A stretch of 59,730 nucleotides of DNA from a virus (lineage: Duplodnaviria; Caudoviricetes): the IMG/VR virus record IMGVR_UViG_3300025396_000017, positions 1 through 59,730 of that record. One strand, given 5' to 3'. The notes below the pieces were generated by a model. The model made no database searches, was not told where the DNA came from, and was given only the letters and a program-made list of their open reading frames with translations. Made by a program: the position numbers and the translations under genes. Shown piece by piece: positions 36,839 to 45,584 of this stretch. Each line of letters begins with the position of its first letter. Within the stretch, counting starts at the first letter, position 1.

Positions 36839-37434
36839 TATGGTTTCCTTATTTCCTGTATCGAATCTCGCCAAACTTTATCGGCATTTGCTTTCTTAAA
36901 CTGGTGAACTGGTAAGAATACCGCTGTTTCCCATTCTTCCGGTTGAACGGCAAGTATCCTAGATTTAATATGAGGTGTTAGATATCTCTTAATACATGGC
37001 CTAAACTCTTTAAAACGCTTGGTGGCGTTCAGGATATCATAAGTAATACGAACACGAACCGGGTCTCCGTCTTCATCAAACCTGCCGTAGTCCAGGAGTT
37101 TGTTCATAAATGCCACTCGGTATTTAATCGGTAGGTAATGTAGGTTTAAACCTAAAAATCCGTCCTCATACTTTTCAAGCATCAATACCAGAGGAAATTT
37201 ATCGTAATATGGCAAATCTGCCTTGGTTTTAGGGTCGTAATAGAAGAAAAATAGACCACCTTTAATGAATCTATTGGTATTTCTGAATTCTTCACGCCTA
37301 ATAGTGTTAGGAATACGGGAAGTACCTTTCAAATTGGCCATTTTTGTCATAAACCATTTAACGGATTCACGACTCAGCCTCTCAATTTGAAGTGAGTTTC
37401 TTTCTTCTGCAATTGTTTTTAATTTTGATGCCAT
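36838..37434 (-). CDS. gp2: DNA end protector protein
   Basis: YDPKTK..LPYYDKFPL, GLNLHYLP, PCIKRYL. Confidence 0.92.
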   Translation of the reverse strand: MASKLKTIAEERNSLQIERLSRESVKWFMTKMANLKGTSRIPNTIRREEFRNTNRFIKGGLFFFYYDPKTKADLPYYDKFPLVLMLEKYEDGFLGLNLHYLPIKYRVAFMNKLLDYGRFDEDGDPVRVRITYDILNATKRFKEFRPCIKRYLTPHIKSRILAVQPEEWETAVFLPVHQFKKANADKVWRDSIQEIRKP

Positions 37435-37445
37435 TGATTATTTAG

Positions 37446-37865
37446 TTAGAGACCAAGGTCGTCTTCGGTTACGATTTTAAACTCCCAAGCACGATCCTTA
37501 CAGTATTCTATGGCTGCTTTCCATTTGGCTTCATTGACACCCCATGTAGCAACTTCGGTTAAATACTTCTTGGTGATTCGTTTTTGAGCTTCTGGTGGTT
37601 TAGTTTGTTTCTTGGGTTTAACTTCAATCAATAGTGTTTTAGTCTTTGTTTTGACCAAAAAATCAGGGAAATAACGATGCCATTTACCATCTACTGGAGA
37701 TTTGTATGGTATAATAAGTTCCTCTGAAGCCCAAGAAACAATATTCTCATTTCTGTCAAACCAATCCATACATCTTGCTTCCCAACTTGAGCGATAGATG
37801 ATGTTTTTGTGGTCTCCAACGTATTTTGAAGGATTTTTAGGTGTAAATCGTCCTGAGTAAGCCAT
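37446..37865 (-). CDS. gp4: head completion protein
   Basis: YRSSWE, WASEE, HRYFPDF, IEVKP, NEAKWKAA. Confidence 0.93.
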   Translation of the reverse strand: MAYSGRFTPKNPSKYVGDHKNIIYRSSWEARCMDWFDRNENIVSWASEELIIPYKSPVDGKWHRYFPDFLVKTKTKTLLIEVKPKKQTKPPEAQKRITKKYLTEVATWGVNEAKWKAAIEYCKDRAWEFKIVTEDDLGL

Positions 37866-37900
37866 ATAAATATAAGATTCAGTCTAAATTAAAGTAACCA

Positions 37901-39121
37901 ATGGCAATTATAAGTTTACCAACATCAATTGGCGGTGTTTCAATACCCGGTGGAGTATTAAACGGTCCATTGGGGTCATTATTCGGTAAAAAATCAGGTT
38001 CAAATCAGTATCAATACCCAAATGATATTGGTTCTAATCCTACCAGAGCACACTCTGTTCTTTTTACCATATTGGATATTAATCCAAATACACTACAAGA
38101 ACAAAGAACTACAGCAATAAGTAACATATTTTCTGGTTCTGGTCTTTCAAGTGCCGCCAGTTCAGCTTCAACTGCTGCAGCCGCTGCATACAATAGTTCG
38201 ACTGGTGCAACATCTATTACTTCAGCCCTCACATCAGGTTTTGGCGCAGCCGTTCAATCTGTGGCACCAGGTTCATTTGCAACGACAACAAGTCTTCAAG
38301 CCGCATTGAAACCACCTATTGGTAACATTACCGATAATATTACATTATATATGCCAGAGACATTGAACATGAGTTATAATGCTAACTGGCAAGAGTTTAG
38401 TTTGACCGATGAACTAGGTGGATTAGGTAGAATCGCTTCTGCAGCAATGGATGCTTATGAAACTAGAAATGCTGGTTGGAATGAAAACTTAAAGAACTTG
38501 GCATCAGGTCCAGCAGGACTTGATTTGATTGGTCAGGGTGCTAATGCAATTACTGGTGGTCAACAAGGTAGTGATATTTTATTGAGGTCTGGTGGATATG
38601 CCATCAACCCACAATTACAATTACTATACAAAGGTGTTGGTCTACGTAGTTTCCAAATGGAATTCTTATTCACACCAAAAAGTCAAACAGAAGCACAGGC
38701 AGTTAAAACAATCATTAGTAGATTCACAAGAGCTTTCTTGCCTACATTACAAGGCGCTACAAAAGGTGGTTCTAGTGGACAATATTTCACAATGCCATCA
38801 GTATTTCAAATAAAGTTTCAGTTTCATGGTGGTAATAACAATACACCAGCAGGCGCAGCCATTAATTCTGTATTAGGTAGTCTTGGTGCTGTCGGTACTG
38901 CTATAGCACCTTCATTAGGTGCAGGTTCAACGAATGGTAATGAAAATACTTATCTTTATAAAGTTGGTAACTGTGTACTAGAAGATTTAACAGTAGATTA
39001 TGCACCAAATGGTTGGGCTGCATATACTGATGGTGGTCCAGTTCAAACTAGATTGACATTGAGCTTTAAAGAAACAGATATTATGCATCGTCAAATATTT
39101 GATAGTAAGGCGGTACGATAA
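37901..39121 (+). CDS. gp48: baseplate tail tube cap
   Basis: LYMP, AINPQLQLLYKG...RSF...F.F.PKS, VDYAPNG, LSFKET. Confidence 0.82.
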   Translation: MAIISLPTSIGGVSIPGGVLNGPLGSLFGKKSGSNQYQYPNDIGSNPTRAHSVLFTILDINPNTLQEQRTTAISNIFSGSGLSSAASSASTAAAAAYNSSTGATSITSALTSGFGAAVQSVAPGSFATTTSLQAALKPPIGNITDNITLYMPETLNMSYNANWQEFSLTDELGGLGRIASAAMDAYETRNAGWNENLKNLASGPAGLDLIGQGANAITGGQQGSDILLRSGGYAINPQLQLLYKGVGLRSFQMEFLFTPKSQTEAQAVKTIISRFTRAFLPTLQGATKGGSSGQYFTMPSVFQIKFQFHGGNNNTPAGAAINSVLGSLGAVGTAIAPSLGAGSTNGNENTYLYKVGNCVLEDLTVDYAPNGWAAYTDGGPVQTRLTLSFKETDIMHRQIFDSKAVR

Positions 39122-39753
39122 TGTTATACTTTGATACTCTACCTAAGTTAATTACATTAGACCCAACAAATAATGCTGTTGTTGTCACTAATATATTATC
39201 ACGTTCTAGTATAATACAAAAACTGTTAAAAAATCCTGCTCTGTTTTATCAGTATGATATACAAGACGGTGATACACCAGAGATTGTTGCTTCTAAGTAT
39301 TATGGTGATTCATATCGTTATTGGTTGGTATTATTTGCTAATCAGATTTTTGATCCACAATGGCAATGGCCACTATCGGCAAATCAATTTGAAGCTTACC
39401 TGAACGACAAGTATGGTTCTGCTGCAGCCAATAACAATCAAACTATGATTGCTTATACACAATCAACCATACAAGAATATAGAAAAATCTATACTTCATA
39501 TGATTCTACGACAGCAAACACTACGATTATTAATTATACAATAGATTCTAATACATATAACAATCTAGTGACCAGTACACAAACAGTTGCTTTACCAAGT
39601 GGTGCTTCTTGTACTATTACAATCGACAAAGAAATAATTGACATATACACATATGAAGTTGAACAAAATGATGCAAAACGAACAATCAATTTAATCAATG
39701 TAATATATGCAGGTCAATTCGAACAAGAACTTGACAGTTTAATGAACAGCTAG
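39121..39753 (+). CDS. gp53: baseplate wedge subunit
   Basis: YF..LP, GDTPEIVA.KYYG, WLVL..N.I.DP..QWP. Confidence 0.88.
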   Translation: MLYFDTLPKLITLDPTNNAVVVTNILSRSSIIQKLLKNPALFYQYDIQDGDTPEIVASKYYGDSYRYWLVLFANQIFDPQWQWPLSANQFEAYLNDKYGSAAANNNQTMIAYTQSTIQEYRKIYTSYDSTTANTTIINYTIDSNTYNNLVTSTQTVALPSGASCTITIDKEIIDIYTYEVEQNDAKRTINLINVIYAGQFEQELDSLMNS

Positions 39754-39754
39754 A

Positions 39755-41134
39755 ATGGCAACAAATTTTCCTACCCCCGATAAGGCCGGTGTAACGTATC
39801 CACAGGATTATAGTCTTAAGGCACTTACCTTATTGACGCCATCTATTGGTGCGTTTGATTTAAAAGCCAGTTTTATTGAGATGTCTTATTTTGAAGATAT
39901 TTTTAGTAATACAGTTACAGGTCGTTTGATTATATCAGAAGCAGAAGGCTTTATTGAGAAGTTTCATTTAACTGGTAATGAATATATTAGAGTGATATTT
40001 ACCAAGGCATCTGATAAAAACTTCGATATCAATATTCTATTCCGTGTATATAAGATATCTGACCGTATGTTGGTTGGTAATATGACCACAGAGGGTTATG
40101 TACTGTATTTTTGTTCAGAAGAATTGGTATTGTCTGAACAATATAAGATAAGTAAATCATATCCATCTACTAAAATATCAGATATCGTCAGCGATATTAC
40201 TACAAATTATCTAAAAGTACCTAAAAATAAATTGGTTTCAATTGAGCCGACTAGAGGTATCTACGATTTTATTGTACCAAACTTTAAACCATTTGAAGCA
40301 ATTAATTGGTTGGCAACATATGCACAATCAGATACTTCTAATGTGTTTGGTGCTGATATGTTATTCTTTGAGAACAAATATGGATTTAATTTTGCTTCTC
40401 TACAAACATTGTTCAGTCAACCAATTTATAGAACATACTCTTATCAACCTAAAAATGCTGATAAAAATAGTCAAACACAAGATGATAAGTTTTATTCTGT
40501 GTTATCATATAAGTTTATGAATACGGTAGACACTTTGGGCGCTATCAATTCTGGTCAGTTTGCCAACCAATTGATTACTGTAGATCCATTGTTACAGAGA
40601 TACATTACAACAGATTTTAATTATTCGAAGTATTTTGAAAAGTCGGCCTCACTTAATAAGTATCCTATTGTAAACGGTGCTCAGAATAGATTTGGTCACG
40701 CTGTTTATGAAACACCACAGGCTGTTATTAAAATGACTGCTGGTAATCATGGACAAAAAGATGTTCCTTTTATTGGTGATAAACCTGGTTCGTATGCACA
40801 TGATATTTTTGCAGAAGTGTTTATACCAAATAGAACAGCACAGTTATCTCTTTCTAACTACAATAAAATCAAATTGGTAATTGATGGAGATCCAGGTGCT
40901 GCAGCAGGAACAACAATCAATTTCAATCTACTGTCTATGACGCCTAGAGCACAAGACAAGAAACCTGATGACTTTTATTCAGGTAAATATTTGATTTCTG
41001 CCGTGAAACATACAATTAAAATTGATGGTTATACAACTGTTTTAGAAATTGTGAAAGATTCTACAATTAAACAGTATGTCACACCTAATAATGGTTCAAC
41101 AATATGGCAAAATACTGTTAAAGGTATTATATGA
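39755..41134 (+). CDS. putative baseplate hub protein (gp27-like)
   Basis: YFEDIF, PN.KPFEAI, FFEN..G, SGKYLI; lies between gp53 and gp5. Confidence 0.6.
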   Translation: MATNFPTPDKAGVTYPQDYSLKALTLLTPSIGAFDLKASFIEMSYFEDIFSNTVTGRLIISEAEGFIEKFHLTGNEYIRVIFTKASDKNFDINILFRVYKISDRMLVGNMTTEGYVLYFCSEELVLSEQYKISKSYPSTKISDIVSDITTNYLKVPKNKLVSIEPTRGIYDFIVPNFKPFEAINWLATYAQSDTSNVFGADMLFFENKYGFNFASLQTLFSQPIYRTYSYQPKNADKNSQTQDDKFYSVLSYKFMNTVDTLGAINSGQFANQLITVDPLLQRYITTDFNYSKYFEKSASLNKYPIVNGAQNRFGHAVYETPQAVIKMTAGNHGQKDVPFIGDKPGSYAHDIFAEVFIPNRTAQLSLSNYNKIKLVIDGDPGAAAGTTINFNLLSMTPRAQDKKPDDFYSGKYLISAVKHTIKIDGYTTVLEIVKDSTIKQYVTPNNGSTIWQNTVKGII

Positions 41135-42267
41135 TAACTAAGCAAGGTTTAATGGGAGTAGATGGCTTCTACTGGTGGTTAGGAGTCGTAGAAAATAGAG
41201 ATGACCCTTTAAAGATTGGTCGTGTACAAGTTCGTATATTCGGTTGGCACACACCTGATTTAAAATTAATACCATCTAAAGATTTACCATGGGCACATCC
41301 AATATTGCCAGGTAATAATTGTGATGACTTTAAGACACCAAAAGAAGGTGCTTATATCTTTGGTTTCTTCTTTGATGGTCCTTCTGGTCAGTTTCCTGGT
41401 TATCTTGGTGTAATGCCTGGTATTCCTAATGCAGTTGCTTTACAAACGGATACACCACAAACTGGATTCCAAGACGTTAGAACACCAGAACAACTGGCAA
41501 CAGCACCAACAGTTCCTGCTACTGTGGAAGCACCAAAAGATGGGTCTGGTGCAACTGTTACTAATCAACCAGCACCAAGAAATCCAGCGGTTGCTGGTGT
41601 GCCAACTACACCACCATTAGCAATCAACGATCCTGCTAATCCACCACCACAGATAACACAAAGAGTTGAAGATTTAGTTAAAGGCATTCCTGGTCCAGAA
41701 AATGTAAACTTGGCAACTACGATTGCTGGTGCAGCTGCTGGTGCTCAACAAGCATTAACAGGTCTTGCTTCTGATTTAAATAAATTAGTACCAAATTTAA
41801 ATTCTTTGACATCGGCTTTATCAGGACAATTACCAAGTTTATCTGGTCAATTAGCTCAAGCCGCCAATTTAGCAAGTAGTTTGACTGGTACAACAGTTAC
41901 ACCACCATCACAAAGTGCCTTGGCAGAAGCACAAGCGTCAATCAATACTCAGTTAGCAGCCGCACAGGCCGCAGCAGCCAACGCAGCAATGCAAGCGGCA
42001 GAATCTGCTTCAAAATCATTAGATGACTTAAAAGCACAATCAGGTACAATTTCAAGTACAATATCACAAAATTTATCAAAACTTTCTTCAGGTTCTATAA
42101 CTACTCAATATCCTGTTATATTAAATAGTGATGGTACACCAGTTGTTGCTGCTGAAGGTTTACAAGTTCAATTAAATCAAGTTGGTGGTACATTATCCGG
42201 TTTAGAAGCACAATTGAGTGCTTTACAGGCACAATTGCAATCACAATTAACATCATTGGTCAAATAA
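41131..42267 (+). CDS. gp5: baseplate spike gp5 N-terminal (OB-fold) protein with low-complexity/coiled-coil tail
   Basis: WWLGVVENRDDPLKIGRVQVRIFGWH, DLPWA, FGFFFDG. Confidence 0.85.
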   Translation: MITKQGLMGVDGFYWWLGVVENRDDPLKIGRVQVRIFGWHTPDLKLIPSKDLPWAHPILPGNNCDDFKTPKEGAYIFGFFFDGPSGQFPGYLGVMPGIPNAVALQTDTPQTGFQDVRTPEQLATAPTVPATVEAPKDGSGATVTNQPAPRNPAVAGVPTTPPLAINDPANPPPQITQRVEDLVKGIPGPENVNLATTIAGAAAGAQQALTGLASDLNKLVPNLNSLTSALSGQLPSLSGQLAQAANLASSLTGTTVTPPSQSALAEAQASINTQLAAAQAAAANAAMQAAESASKSLDDLKAQSGTISSTISQNLSKLSSGSITTQYPVILNSDGTPVVAAEGLQVQLNQVGGTLSGLEAQLSALQAQLQSQLTSLVK

Positions 42268-42268
42268 A

Positions 42269-43039
42269 ATGGCAGACTTATTATCAATAGGCGAATTACA
42301 AACACAAATATCACTATTGGAGAGTCAAATTGCGGCTTTGGCAAGTGTCGCCAATAATAAAACATTATATGCCGCTGCATCTAATCAATTAGAAGCTGCC
42401 GTTAATCCAAATAACTCTTATAGTGAACCAAAAACACCATTTGCACCACAATATCCATATAATAATGCAAAATTGACTGAATCTGGTCATTTAATGGAGT
42501 TTGATGATACTCCAGGCGCAGAAAGAGTATCAATTGCACATAGAACTGGTACATATTTTGAAATTGGGCCAGATGGTGGTAAAACTGAAAAAATCTATAA
42601 CAACAATATGCAAGTTGTTATGGCAGACAATAATTTGTATGTTATGGGTAAAGGAACGGTAACTATACAAGGTGATTGTAAAGTTTATATTCAAGGTAAT
42701 GCACAATTACAGGTTGATGGTGATGTAAACTGGAAAGTTGGTGGTAACTTAAATATGGCAGTCGGTGGTCAATTTACTGCTCAGGCACAGAATTTTAATA
42801 TGGTAGGACCTATTAATCATGTGGGAGATATTGCTTCTACTGGTAATATACTAAATGAAGGTAATATATCATCTAATCAGAGTATTCAGGCAGCCTTGGA
42901 TTTTGTTGGACACAGAAATTTGACAGTTACAGGAACTGGTACATATGGCGGTGATGTTGTTGCTAATGGTATTAGTCTCGATAATCACGTTCATGGAGGC
43001 GTTCAATCTGGTGGTTCTACTACTGGTGCACCACAATAG
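42269..43039 (+). CDS. baseplate spike gp5 C-terminal beta-helix with HxH apex
   Basis: YPYN, TESGH..EFDDTPG.ER....HRTGT, V.G repeats, NHVHGGVQSG apex. Confidence 0.85.
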   Translation: MADLLSIGELQTQISLLESQIAALASVANNKTLYAAASNQLEAAVNPNNSYSEPKTPFAPQYPYNNAKLTESGHLMEFDDTPGAERVSIAHRTGTYFEIGPDGGKTEKIYNNNMQVVMADNNLYVMGKGTVTIQGDCKVYIQGNAQLQVDGDVNWKVGGNLNMAVGGQFTAQAQNFNMVGPINHVGDIASTGNILNEGNISSNQSIQAALDFVGHRNLTVTGTGTYGGDVVANGISLDNHVHGGVQSGGSTTGAPQ

Positions 43040-43133
43040 TCCAAAATTTTCGAATTTTGCGTCCGGGGCTAGAAATTTTGGAGACGAATCCAGGGAACTA
43101 AAAAAGCGTTTTTACTCCTACGATAAATAAAGA

Positions 43134-43529
43134 ATGGCACAAACACTACAAAAGATATACTCAGACTTAGACCTCACTTTTAACCGTCAACCCGGTAAAG
43201 GTGATTTAGCCTTGAGATATGATGAACAAGCAGTTATTTCGTCAGTTAGAAACTTATTATTGACGAATTTCTATGAAAGACCATTTCAACCTGAGATAGG
43301 TTCTAATATTAACGGTCTATTATTTGAAAATATTTCTCCGATTACTGCCAGCATTATTGAAACAGAAATTCAGAACGTTTTAACCAATTTTGAACCAAGA
43401 GCAACTATTTCCGATATATCTGTGACAGCACAAGAAGACCAAAATTCTTTCTTTGCTAGGGTTACCTTCTTTATTGGTAACAATACGACACCGACAGCAG
43501 TAAATCTATTATTACAAAGAGACCGATAA
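43134..43529 (+). CDS. gp25: baseplate wedge subunit
   Basis: YSDLDL.F, VRNLLLTN..ERPFQP.IGS, FEPR. Confidence 0.93.
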   Translation: MAQTLQKIYSDLDLTFNRQPGKGDLALRYDEQAVISSVRNLLLTNFYERPFQPEIGSNINGLLFENISPITASIIETEIQNVLTNFEPRATISDISVTAQEDQNSFFARVTFFIGNNTTPTAVNLLLQRDR

Positions 43530-45584
43530 ATGGGAACAGCAAATTCAAATATTCAACTGGCTGACCTTGATTTTAATAATATCAAGCAAAACTTCATTGC
43601 CTTTCTTCAAACTCAAAATGTTTTAAAAGATTACGACTATTCTGGTTCTGCTCTTTCTACTTTATTAGATGTATTGGCGTATAATACACAATATAATGCC
43701 TTCTATTTGAACATGGTTGCCAATGAAATGTTCTTGGATACAGCATTACAGAGAAGTTCCGTTGTTTCTTTGGCAAAAGTATTGAATTATACCCCAAAAT
43801 CTGTGATATGTCCGTCAGCCACAATCAGTATGAATGTGTATAATGTAACGGCATCTTCACTAACTTTACCACAATATACTAAATTCTTGTCAGAATCTAT
43901 TGATGGTGTTAACTATACCTTCATCACTAATACTTCTACGACAGTTAATACTTCTGCCAATAATGTGGCACAATTTAATAATGTCACAATCGTACAAGGT
44001 ACACCAGCAACTTACAGTTTCACGGTAGATTCAGTTGCAAATCCAACATATACTTTCTCAATACCTGATGCTCAGATTGATACGACAACATTACAAGTAA
44101 CAGTACAACAAACGGCTTCTAATTCTTATTATCAAGTATATTCACAAGCAAAAGATTATTTGAGTTTAACTGGTACAAGTACAGTATATTTCTTACAAGA
44201 AGGTACTAATGGTTACTATGAAATCTATTTTGGTGATGGCATATTAGGTCAAAAATTATCTGATGGTAATGTGGTTAATGTAACTTACCTATCATCAAGA
44301 GGTACAGCATCAGCAGGTGCTAATAACTTCACATTGATGGACACAATTAGTGGTTTTGGTACTACTGTTGTCAAGTCTCTAACGGCTGCAACGAACGGTA
44401 GTAATAAAGAATCTATTGGTTCTATTCAATTTCAAGCACCTAAATCATATGCAGCACAAAATCGTGCTGTTACCAAAGACGATTACATTACTTTGATTCA
44501 ACAGAACAATGTTGGTCTAAGTTTTGATGCAGTTAACGTATGGGGTGGAGAAGAAAATAGTCCTCCACAATACGGTAAAATCTTTGTGGCAATTAAACCA
44601 CAAGGTGGTTATTCTTTAACAGATAACCAAAAACAAATTATTACCAATCAAATCATTGCTCCAATATCTGTATTGACTGTTGTACCAGAGATTGTTGATG
44701 TGGATTATGTGTATGTCATTTTAAATGCTGACGTATTATATAATCCAAAGAAGACAACATTAACATCAACACAAATTTCTTCTCTTGTTACTGCCGGTAT
44801 TAAAAACTATTGTAACAACACATTAAATACTTTCAATTCTACATTTGTGATTGGTGATTTGATTCAACAAACACAAGCATTAGATCCATCAATTATTGCC
44901 ATTGATTTTGATTTGTTCTTAGAGAAAAGAATAATACCAACTCTGAATAAATCTTTAAACTATACTATCAATTTTGGTAATCAATTAGAACAAGGTACTG
45001 GTGATGAAGCGTTTGTTATTAATCCTTCATTTGCCACAGTAGATGCTTTAGGTAAGACATACGACCCGGTTTACTTTGAACCATCACCTGATACAACAAC
45101 AAACATTGATTCTATTACCATAGTTTCTGGTGGTGCTGGATATACCAAACCAACTGTTACTATTTCTGGTGATGGTAATGGTGCAACTGCTACAGCAACA
45201 GTAGAAAACGGAGTCATCACAGGTATTACAGTTACAAATGGTGGTGCTTTTTATACTCAGGCGGTCGTAGTTATTTCTGATCCAACTGGTGCCGGTGCTT
45301 CAGCAATTGCTGTTCTTCGTGGTAACTACGGTACATTAAGAACATATTACTATGTCAATGGCGTTAAGAATATTTTAAATACTGATGCAGCAAACATAGA
45401 TTATCAAAATGGTATTGCCACACTATTGAACTTTACACCTACAGCAATTAATAATACTGATGGTATTGTTAGATTGATTGGTTATTCTGCTAACCGTATT
45501 ATATCATCCACATTCAGTCAAATTATTACCCTAGATAATAATGATCCATCAGCCATAACCGTATCCGTTACTGCTAAAAGTTAA
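43530..45584 (+). CDS. gp6: baseplate wedge subunit
   Basis: LDF..IK, DY..SGS.LS.LLDVLAYNT, FGDG, QNRAVT..DY, WGGEE. Confidence 0.93.
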   Translation: MGTANSNIQLADLDFNNIKQNFIAFLQTQNVLKDYDYSGSALSTLLDVLAYNTQYNAFYLNMVANEMFLDTALQRSSVVSLAKVLNYTPKSVICPSATISMNVYNVTASSLTLPQYTKFLSESIDGVNYTFITNTSTTVNTSANNVAQFNNVTIVQGTPATYSFTVDSVANPTYTFSIPDAQIDTTTLQVTVQQTASNSYYQVYSQAKDYLSLTGTSTVYFLQEGTNGYYEIYFGDGILGQKLSDGNVVNVTYLSSRGTASAGANNFTLMDTISGFGTTVVKSLTAATNGSNKESIGSIQFQAPKSYAAQNRAVTKDDYITLIQQNNVGLSFDAVNVWGGEENSPPQYGKIFVAIKPQGGYSLTDNQKQIITNQIIAPISVLTVVPEIVDVDYVYVILNADVLYNPKKTTLTSTQISSLVTAGIKNYCNNTLNTFNSTFVIGDLIQQTQALDPSIIAIDFDLFLEKRIIPTLNKSLNYTINFGNQLEQGTGDEAFVINPSFATVDALGKTYDPVYFEPSPDTTTNIDSITIVSGGAGYTKPTVTISGDGNGATATATVENGVITGITVTNGGAFYTQAVVVISDPTGAGASAIAVLRGNYGTLRTYYYVNGVKNILNTDAANIDYQNGIATLLNFTPTAINNTDGIVRLIGYSANRIISSTFSQIITLDNNDPSAITVSVTAKS

